Shown here: positions 1-9,400 of the stretch, piece after piece
Layout of the letters: each line of letters starts with the position of its first letter
Position numbering within the stretch: position 1 is the first letter of the stretch
Source: Vitrella brassicaformis CCMP3155
Lineage: Eukaryota > Protista > Chromerida
Assembly: GCA_001179505.1 (NCBI GenBank)
Contig: CDMY01000179.1
Coordinates: forward strand, 1 to 64,000
Reading direction: 5' to 3'
Length of the DNA: 64,000 nt
Notes under the pieces: model-generated
Databases searched by the model: none
What the model was told of the DNA's origin: nothing
What the model saw: only the letters and a program-made list of their open reading frames with translations
Program-made: the position numbers and the translations under genes

Positions 1-2255
1 CGATGTCCCCCACCAGCCCCCACTTGGCCGCCTCGTCCAGGATGGCCCGCTGCACCACCTCACGCAACTCCATCACTCGACCCCCCACACCGCCCACCAC
101 AAAGCACCGCAGCTGCGGCACACGCACCACCTGGCCGCCCACATCGGCCGTCCCGCCCACCACCGCCCTGTTGCTGCTGGCCTTGAGGACTGCCGACTTG
201 ACAAAGTGCGCCGCTGCCGCACACACACGGCGGGCCGTGTCGCTGTGCCGCACCCCGATGGCCTCAGTGGTGGCGGATGCCGCTGCATCCGCGTAGAAGA
301 GGTATGACGCGATGCGCCAGCCGAAGATGGGGGCCTCCTGCGGGCCGACGGCCAGCCGGGGGGTCAGGAGGGCCGCGAGGGAGCGATGTTGGGCGAGGGC
401 GGCGTTGACGGCATCCATGACGGGGGGACCCAGCTCGTTCAGCACCGTGGTGTAATCGGTTAGCACTAACTGGCGGTCACGGTGGTCCTCCTTTGTGGCT
501 GTGGGGGTGCTGCTGATGTCGGCACCCGCCCGCAGCAAGGTTCGGATGGTGCGCTTGTCGTTGTCAATCTCGGCGCGAATCTTCTCCCTGGTGTCCTCGG
601 GGTTCTCCGGGTCCTGCAGCTGTTGGGTGTGACGATCGAGCCACCTGGCAGTCCGGGCGAGGGGCGTGTCGCAAGAGCTATCCTCGGATAGCCTGTTGAT
701 GTGGGCAGCGGGCAGCTTTCGGCAGAGGTAGTCGACCACGTAGGGAGAGCCATGCAATGCCGCTCCGTGCAGTGGTGTCCGTCCACTGCCATCGACTGCC
801 GTCATGTCGGCCCCGCTCGCTGTGACGAGGTCCAGGTAGCTGTCGACGAAGGACGGGGGGAAATGGCCCTGAGCCCGCTCGGCTGCCCGATGCACCAGGT
901 TGATGCCGTTGAAGCGTCGCTGGGTGGCGAGGGTGCGGTCTCGTGCGATGAGTTGCTGATACATCGACAGCAACACCTGCAGATACTCGGGGGGAGGCGG
1001 ATGCAGCGGCTCGGGCAGCTCCATCACCATGAGTGCGTCTGATGGGCGCTCGACATCTTGACGCACCATCAGGATTTGGAAGGCCGTCTGATTGCCGGAT
1101 GCAATCGCCAAGTAAAGGGGGGTCTGGTCGGTCCCATCGGCTGCCGCATTGGGGTCGGCGCCTCCGTCGAGGAGTGCGGTCAGGACGGCCGCCTGCAGTT
1201 CGTCAGACGACCACTGGGGCAGGGCGACGGGACAGGGGACAGGACCATGATCGTCGTCTTCGACCCACGCTTCGATGGTCTTGACGGTGTAGTCCGACTT
1301 GTCGTCGATGGCGAGACACAGGAGTGGGTAGCCGTAGACAGCACCACTGCTGTCCCTGCCCAGCAGCCCAGGCATGACATCTGGGTCGGCGCCCTGCTGC
1401 CGGATGAGGTCGGTCACTTGCCGTGCGTCGGTGAAGCGGCGGCCGATGATCCACCACGACAGCTCTCTGGTGGCGTCGCTGGTGCCCTTGAGGAACCGAG
1501 CCTCCAGCTCGTCGAGTCCGATATAGCCGTCAGCCACAGGGACAGCCGGATCCACCAGGCCCACGAGAAGACAACCTGCAACACAGACAGCCGCCACACA
1601 ACGGACGGCGATTGAATGTCTGTGCGCACAGGATCCTCTCTCACGGCTGTCTGGCGTACCTTCCTTCTCATATGGGTAGTGGTCGTCCGAGTCTCTGTCA
1701 TCGATATTAATGTCATCTTGGTCGTCATCACCAGCCTCCACCTGCGTGCCACCCTGACACACAACAGAGGCGGGGGGCGGAAAATAAAGTATGTGCATCC
1801 ATCGCATGGACCACTGTTGGTGTTGATGGGTGCCTCACCGATTCGTCTCCATCTGCTGCCTGCGGACCATCACCACCGTCGGCCATCTCATAGGCCATCG
1901 CGCCCTCCTGCTCCTGGTCGCCTGGACACCAACACACACACCCTCACCGACCCTGTATGAGCGTGCTGCTGATGTGTGTGAGTCGAATGGTCTGTGTGGC
2001 ACGTCTGATCACTCACCGCTGTCTGCGCCATTACGATGTCGTCCCTCCGGCTGCCCACTGCCGTCACTATGCTCCTCCTCATCTACGTCGCCTGCACACA
2101 CCATCGAAGGCACAGGTACACACACACGTAATGGCGAGGACGGTGTGTGTTTGATGTGTTGTTGTAGTGGTGTGTGGCGTACCGTCGTCGTCACCGTCAC
2201 CGTCACCGTCCGCCATGGCAGCGGAGGCCATGTGGGTGTCGTGACCGTCGGACAT
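1..2255 (-). CDS. Ankyrin-repeat protein of a lineage-expanded family; acidic N-terminal micro-exons plus one long exon (1575 to <1); 3' end runs off the window
   Basis: Manual minus-strand translation: MSDGHDTHMASAA (ATG 2255), small GT-AG-bounded acidic exons, then an open exon from the acceptor at 1576 with YGYPLLCLAIDD, LLDGGADPNA..DQTPLYLAIASGNQTAFQILM and AVDGSGRTPLHGAALHGSPYVVDYLCRKL (ankyrin TPLH motifs). It is absent from the ORF track, probably because it has no stop inside the window. Confidence 0.85.
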
Positions 2256-2662
2256 CTCACTCAAACATAAACTAACAGGTGCATCAACCACAGACACACA
2301 GAGGCGATAAGAGATGGGCAGCCACCTGGTGCATTCATGTGTTGTGTGTGTACTCGCCCACCTAGCTATGAGTCAATGGCTGTGTAGAGGCGCTCAACGA
2401 GTTCGCGCCGTTGATAAGACAGACCTGCACCAAACGACACGACCAGTGGAGCACACAAGGCCGCAAGTCACATGGTGACTCGCGATGAACCATCCATCCT
2501 CACTCACCGTCGGACGAGGTGATCCGAGCCAGGCAGAAGCAGCTCTGACCGCGCTGAAAATGCTGCTGCAGCTGCTGCCGCACCGGAGAGAACGTACGTG
2601 ACTCACGAGCGATGGGAAGGCAGCCGATGAATCAAGGAAGGCGGGAGGATTTCGCTGGCTTA

Positions 2663-2678
2663 TAGGGTTTGAACCCTA
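2663..2678. promoter_or_regulatory. Telo-box-like inverted pair TAGGGTT-tg-AACCCTA, 28 nt upstream of the EF-hand gene ATG
   Basis: Read directly from the sequence; regulatory role is inferred only from its position in a divergent intergenic region. Confidence 0.35.
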
Positions 2679-2706
2679 CACCCTGCAGCGAGCGCGGGCT
2701 GCCAAA

Positions 2707-4194
2707 ATGCGATTATCACTGTTGATCTTCGGTGCCTTCCTGGTGGCTGCGTCGGTGGCGCAGGAGGAGGAGGACGACATCCCGTTCGGCGAGGAGGCCG
2801 AGGGTGACTTCGGCTACGACGAGATGGAGGACGAGATGATGGACGAAACCGAGGGGCTGGAGGACTTGCTGGGCATGGCGCGACCTGAGATAGAGGAGCG
2901 GATGAGCAAGCTGTTCCTGCTGCTGGACAAGGACGGCGACGGCAAGCTGACCAAGAAGGAGATGAGCGAGTGGCTCAAGCGGCTCCACCCACAGGTGCAG
3001 ATGCGGCAGAGCAACCTGGAGTTCGAGGACATCGATAAGGACAAGAGCGGATTTGTCGACCTCAGCGAATTGCACAATGCCTACTTCGGCGAGGATGAGG
3101 CGGCGTCGGCAGAGGGCAAGGAGGATATTGCGGTGAGTGAGCAAGAAACGGGGATCATGCAGGCCACTAATCAATCAATGAGCTGGTGTTGGTGTGTGAG
3201 AGCAGCTTCGGTTCAAGACGGTAGACAAGGACGGCGGTGAGTGGCAGGATGGCGGTCTGGCTTTCAGGCATGCACCTCTACCTCTCTTTTGTTCGTGTCG
3301 GCATGTGTCGTGTGTGTATCCAGACGGCAAGCTGATGGTTGGGGAGTTCAAGAAGCTGCTGCATGTGGGCGAAGATCCAGCTCTCATGAAGGTCGAAATA
3401 GACGAAATACTCAAGGTGAGCTGAGGAAACAGGCGAGGCCAACGGCATGTGATGTGCATCGACGGCTGATTGCCTCTCTCTGCTGATGTGGTTGTGCTGT
3501 GCTTCTTCAGCAGCAAGACATGGATGGCAACAGGCAGATCAGCTTCGCCGAGTTCAAGGGGCAGGAGGAGGGTAAACAGATGCAGCAGACAAATGGATGC
3601 AGATGTAAAGCAGATCAGGCATGCCCATGAATGTCGTCGTTGTTGTGTGTTGCCTCACCTTCCCTGTCAGGGTCTGAGGAGGACGAGGAGAGCATGAAGA
3701 AGGACTTCGATAGCTATGACGCCAACAAGGACGGCGTCATCGACGAAAAGGAAATCGAGGCCATCATCGTCCAGCACTCAGAGGTCGACCACGACAGGGA
3801 CGTCACCGACATCCTCTCTGACGCCGGACTAGAAAACGAAGGTCAGAATCACCCACCCCGGGACCCACCGACACACAACCACCCATATAATCTATGCGCT
3901 GCATCCATTTATTTCCCCTTGAATGTCTATATGTGTGCGTGTATGTTATGTGCAGACGCGTCCTTGACGCTGGCGACTATGCTCGAGAAGCTGGAGATTG
4001 TGGCGCAGTCGAAGCTCACCGACTACGGGGAGCTCTTGCGGTACCCACACGAGTACGGCATGGACCTGCCATTCGACGCGCCCGAGAGCACCGAGAAAGA
4101 CAAACCCCTGCCAGCGGCCAAGGGAGAGGGGGGCCGATCGGAGACGGAGAGAGAAGGGAAGGCACAACAGCTGCTGCAGACCTTCCTCGAGTGA
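2707..4194 (+). CDS. Secretory-pathway multi-EF-hand Ca2+-binding protein, CREC family (calumenin/reticulocalbin/ERC-like)
   Basis: Signal peptide MRLSLLIFGAFLVAASVA; EF loops DKDGDGKLTKKE, DKDKSGFVDLSE, DKDG|DGKLMVGE (spliced), DMDGNRQISFAE and DANKDGVIDEKE; CREC-type tail TDYGELLRYP; five GT-AG introns join in frame. Confidence 0.88.
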
Positions 4195-4807
4195 CAGACT
4201 AACTACTCACTGTGTGAGGGGGGGAGAGAGGGGGTCTAGTAGTGCTACTTCTGCACTATCAGGTCCGCCAGCTGCATCTTCGCGGGTTTGTCAGTGCGAT
4301 TTGTCTAGCTCATGCCGTCTGTTCCTCTTGTCGTCTGTGCTTAGTGGGTGTGGCGGTGGGGGGATTTCGATTGGGGCTGCTGTGTGTCATGATGGAATGG
4401 AGTGAGTGACACTTGACTGATGGTGTTTCGTTGATTGCGTTTCTTTCCTTACAAGTAGACGCTCTCACCTTCCTTCAGTGTGTGTGAGTATGGCGCCGCA
4501 TTGGGTTCTTCGTCTCTGTGGCCTCATATACAGCAAGCTGAGCGGGTCTGTTTTTTCGCCACTTTATGGACATTTCGCGAAATTTGCAGAGGCACTTTTA
4601 GGGATGGTAGAGGGCACGGAAACGTCCATCCAGACACGCAGAATGACCACCATTCACGTGAAATCACGATTGTTCGCCAGTGCAAAGCCCGACATGTACG
4701 AAGACCGGAAAGGAAGGACAGAAAGTGCACTCCTCATCTTGCCCAGAGCGACAAAATCATCGATGGTGACAGACACACACAAATGGATGGATGGATGGAT
4801 GTGTCTC

Positions 4808-4900
4808 TCCCTCCCGCTGATGTGTCTCGCCTTCTCTTTGCAAGAGGGCAAGACACAGAGGGAGGACGTGAGAGAGGGCGAGACACATCAGAGGGAGGGA
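4808..4900. repeat. 30-bp inverted repeat (arms 4808-4837 and 4871-4900) with a 33-nt loop
   Basis: TCCCTCCCGCTGATGTGTCTCGCCTTCTCT versus AGAGAGGGCGAGACACATCAGAGGGAGGGA: 28 of 30 positions complementary. Confidence 0.9.
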
Positions 4901-4949
4901 CGGAGGCTGCTGCATCCTCTTCGGAGGCATGACCTCGTGCAGCAGACAC

Positions 4950-6520
4950 ACACCCCTGTTGAGGTCGTTCTGCTTGATGAGCGGGTGGNNNNNNNNNNNN
5001 NNNNNNNNNNNNNNNNNNNNNNNNNNNNNNNNNNNNNNNNNNNNNNNNNNNNNNNNNNNNNNNNNNNNNNNNNNNNNNNNNNNNNNNNNNNNNNNNNNNN
5101 NNNNNNNNNNNNNNNNNNNNNNNNNNNNNNNNNNNNNNNNNNNNNNNNNNNNNNNNNNNNNNNNNNNNNNNNNNNNNNNNNNNNNNNNNNNNNNNNNNNN
5201 NNNNNNNNNNNNNNNNNNNNNNNNNNNNNNNNNNNNNNNNNNNNNNNNNNNNNNNNNNNNNNNNNNNNNNNNNNNNNNNNNNNNNNNNATGTCGTGCAGC
5301 GCCCGTCTCCCCCCCTCGCCCCCCACCTCGATGGCCTCCTTAATGAGCGCATCCTCCTCCTTCACCCACTCGAAGTGGCGGCCGTACAGAGATCTGCTGC
5401 TGGTGCTGCGGGACCCGTGTGCCCCTGGGAAGAAGGGCAGCTCCTGCCCACAGAAGGGGTGGGTGTCGGAGGGGCCGCTCGGCGGGTCCATAAAGGGACC
5501 CGTGAAGGTCGCGGGGGAGAAGATGGCGTGGTTGTGCGAGGGGCCGCTCGGGTGGTCCATGTGGGGACCCATGAGGATGGCGGCGGCCAGCGAGCAGATG
5601 GCGTAGGTGTCCGCCATGCGGCTGAAGGCGCCATAGAGGGGCGAGTGCGGTGCTGCCGTTGCGACCGTGCTGGGCTTGCTCTGGTCGATGACCGCCTCCA
5701 TCACCTTGGCCACACGTCTCAGTGCCGTTGGGTCACAGTGGGGAGGGGGCACCGCCATCGGCTCCACGTGGCACAGTGTGGGTGGAGTGGTCGTCAGGGG
5801 CTGCTCAGCCTCGGTGGTCGGCCTGGCCACCTCGAAGTCGATCCACGGGCTGTAGAGGCGGCGGGTGACGGGATCCCACACGACCATGGCATTCTGGCCA
5901 TTGATATCCCCGTGCACCCACTCAGCCCCATGGATGCCCTCCAGCGACGAGAGGCACGACACCATGAGCTGGCGATAGACGCCTTTGCTGAGGTTGAGGA
6001 GCTCGAGCGTCTGCTTGATGAGCTGCAGCTTCCGTGCCGTGGCCCGCGACTTGATGCTGGGGTTCTTCAGGCGGCCGTAGCGCACGTGGAGGATATCAGC
6101 GAGGTTGACGCTGCCGGTCCACAGCTCGCCTGGCCCCACCTCTGCCTGCTGCTGCCTCCTCTCCTCCCCCTCATCCCCACTCTCCGCCTCCCTCGCCCTG
6201 TCGTCCCTCTCAGCTGTAGATGGGCGGCCTCGGTGCTGATGGACCCTGCCGCGCTGCGGGGAATTGCGGCGCCCTGGGCGCGCTCTTCTCCACCTGGCAG
6301 CACGGCATAGAGCACGTCAGGCTGGCGTAGAGGTCCTTCACGGCGCAGCTGAGCCTTTCAAGCCATCCCTTCTTTTCGGCCTTGGTGCGGTACAAGCCGG
6401 CAATATTGGGGTGGGGCGCTGACGGCGGCTGTCCGTGCGGCTGCTGAATGCGCCTCGTGCGCTGATTGGGCGGCTGCTGCTGCTCCGTCGCTGTCGCCTT
6501 CCGGGCGTACCGGTGGCTGA
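4950..6520 (-). pseudogene. Divergent protein-kinase-like segment (C-lobe) preceded by an out-of-frame duplicated leader; interrupted by the assembly gap
   Basis: LEGIHGAEWVHGDINGQN (HxDxxxxN catalytic loop), IDFE (DFG position), DTYAICSL (subdomain IX Asp). The upstream duplicated block ends IYS-stop in a different frame, and the kinase frame is closed by TGA near 6320. Confidence 0.6.
4989..5288. other. Assembly gap (300 N)
   Basis: Run of N characters in the sequence. Confidence 1.
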
Positions 6521-6719
6521 CAGATGGACACCATGAGAAAGGCAGAACTCAGCAAGACGGCGAATATGAACTAATAGCCAAACCTCTCACGAGCGATGCT
6601 TCGGCGAAAATATCTCTCACGAATATAAAATGTAGGAAGCGATGTTGAGAGCTGCAAGAGAGAGACAAAGGCAAGTATGATGGATTGCTAGAGAATGACG
6701 GGAAGAATACCTGTGTGCG

Positions 6720-8000
6720 TCATGTCTCTTGCTGCCCCTGCTCCTCAAGCCGTTGACCCGCTGCCCCGGGCGACGACACCTCGTCTGCTGCACCTGCCAC
6801 ATATCTACCTCCTGCACCGGCCTTGGGCACCTGAGCCACACGAGGACGATGCTGCTGACCACAAACACAACAGGCAATGAATGCTGACCACACGAGGACG
6901 ATGCTGCTGCGTACCGGTGGCTGACCGGCCCGCACGTCGCCGAGGCGGTGCTGCCTGACGGCGTCACAGCTGCTGTTGACGTGTCTGAGGCCGCTCTCCT
7001 CATCCGCCAGCTCGCGGGCCACCTTGGCGACAGGGTCGACCTTGTCGGTGTCGTCCGGCAGCATCCAGAAGGCGAGCGACTTGGCCACGCACATTGTGCC
7101 CGGGGGGATGGGACCCCCACCGCTCCGGCACTTGTGCAGCTGACAGTCGCCCTTGCAGTCCTTCTCACCCGTGGCGAGCTCGCCCTCCCATTTCAAGTAC
7201 TGCAGCATGGTGGTGGGAGGCGGGGGCGCCCCTCGGTGGCTGCCGTCCTCCTCCTCGTAGCTGGCTGCTCCACACCTTCCCGGAGGGCCCCTCCTCCGCC
7301 TGGCGGGCGGTGCAGTGCTGCCCGAGATGAGCAGTGGTGGTGGCGGCTGGGCTGTGTCGGCTGGTGGCGAGTCGGGGCCGGTGGCGGTGGTGCCAGCTGG
7401 TGAGCCTCCGGCTGCGGGCGGCACGCTGGTTCGGGAGGGCGGCGAACCACCAAGTGTCGCTGCGGCCGCTGGGCGGGGTGGCGGACCAGGCCGGTAGATG
7501 GCTGTAGATGGCTGGCCTCGGTGCAAACGCTCCCTGCCGCGCTGCGGGGAATTGTGGCGCACTGGGTGCGCTCCCGTGCGTCTGCCAGCAGGGCAGGGGG
7601 CACGTGAGGGTGGCGTAGAGGCTCTTGAGGGCGTCGTTGATGCTGTCCAGCCATCCTTTCTCTGTCGCGGCGGCCTTGGCGCGGTAGAGGCCGGCAATAT
7701 CGGGGCGGCATGCTGATGGCTGCGGCTGCTGAATGCGCCTCGTGCGCTGGTTGCTGGGCTGCTGCTGCTCCGTCGCTGTCGCCTTGTGGGCGTGGTGGTC
7801 CATGGGCATGTAGGGGTGGGAGGGGGGCATAAAGGGGTGCTGCTGGGGCTGATGCTGCAGAAACTGCTGCCCCGTCGTCGCCTTGCGGCGCAATGATGGT
7901 GCATAGGCATGTAGGGATGGGAGGGGGGCATAAACGGGTGTTGCTAGTGCTGATGCTGCACAAACATCGTTCTCATCTATCTCCCTCTCATCGCCAGCAT
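6720..8000 (-). pseudogene. Kinase-like N-terminal segment (Pro/Gln-rich leader plus N-lobe-like region), frameshifted and lacking a C-lobe
   Basis: Two overlapping ORFs (7165-8256 and 6720-7931) each carry part of the protein-like text; N-lobe-like EGELATGEKDCKGDCQLHKC..MCVAKSL..ELADEESGLRHV; 7500-7790 is homologous to 6210-6500. Confidence 0.5.
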
Positions 8001-8530
8001 CGGCCTTCTTCGCATCTTCCCTGATGCACAAACACAAAATTCGCCGTTTCGCTCCGTAGTTGTGTTCGTTTGTACCGACTTGAGATCTTGCTTCACCATC
8101 TCCCTTGTTCGTAACGGGGCAGGTCCAACACGGACTTGTAGTCCTCCGAAAACGCTCTCTTGGGCTCGACCCTTGCACACACATGCGACACATAGCGAGA
8201 GAGACAGAGACAGAGTGAGTGTGGACGAAAGCCTGCACACCTAAATGAGTGTACATTACCGTATAGCTATTTAGAGTTTTGCATATTCGAGGATGTCAAT
8301 GTGTTCCGCATGCCCTTGTGCAGCATGGCTATGGCGACCATCCCTGCGCACACACACAGTAGGCAGACAGGGCATTCATCCGCGTATGTGTGCCATCCGT
8401 GTGTGTGTCATGTGTACCTGCCCCCCCAGCTGGTCAGCACGGCGCCCTTGGGGTAGAGGCGGCTGCAGGTGGCGGCCTGATGCGTGGGCAATCGCCCCGG
8501 GGCTTATGCTGTACCTGGTGGATATACAGA

Positions 8531-8555
8531 CACAACACAACACAACACAACACAA
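8531..8555. repeat. (CACAA)5 microsatellite
   Basis: Read directly from the sequence. Confidence 0.9.
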
Positions 8556-9400
8556 CACGCAACACCCACATCCATGAACGCTCCCTCCCTCCCTCCCTCC
8601 CTCCACGTGCGTCACTCGCTCACGTCGTCTCGTCGTTGAGTCTGATGGGCATCGCCGCCTCACCGCTGCCTCGCCTATCGTGGCCCTTCCCTCCTTTTCT
8701 ACTCGGTGGGTGCTGTCTTTTCCCCACACACGTATCGCATACCCACCTCATGGAGGCGGTTCGTGCGAGATGAAGGTGTGTGCGCCCTGTGCAGCCGCCA
8801 GCCACTCCGAGAAGGCAGGGCGCCCAGGCAAGGCCTTATCCCGCGCTGGTGGAGGAGGAAGTGCTGGATGACATCTGGACGAGTTGGGAGGGGTGGAGGG
8901 AGTTGGGGCGGACAACAAAAGCCAACGACGGGGCGAAAAGAAAAAAGAATCGAGCATCCGTAACCGAAAGAGGGCTGGAAAGCCGAACACAGGCGAAATT
9001 GGACTTCGTAGCAGATAATCTGGGCTGTGCATTGTTTCCGTCTCGTCGCGCGAATCTCTCGCCACGCTTCTGCAAGTTTACACTGAACGCATTGGGTTCC
9101 TTGTCGCTGGCTTCATCCATGGCACCGACTGCCGCAGATAAGCCACATGGGACGAAGAATCTAACGCGACAGTGACATATGCTCATGAACGTAATCCCGG
9201 CCTCAGTCGGCAAATAGCATTGACTGTCCGTCCGTCCATCGATGACATTCGGTGTCCATCGAATGACTCTACTCTTGTTCAGTCGATCCCGCCGATCAAC
9301 AAACAACCATGTCCGCACTCTGCGCATCTGCGAGCCACGCATCCCACAGACTAGCCCTCCAGGCCGCCATCAGAATGATGCTCATCCATCGTCCCTCTGG

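Noticed and set aside
4478-6310. 610-aa + strand ORF in the track
   Set aside because: It is the antisense shadow of the minus-strand kinase segment and stays open only by reading through 300 N.
8380-8900. Possible third relic related to the 6700-6810 kinase 3' end
   Set aside because: Only short patches of similarity (GCCCCGGG, TGCTG.ACCTG, GTGTG.GTCATGT); too weak to call by eye.
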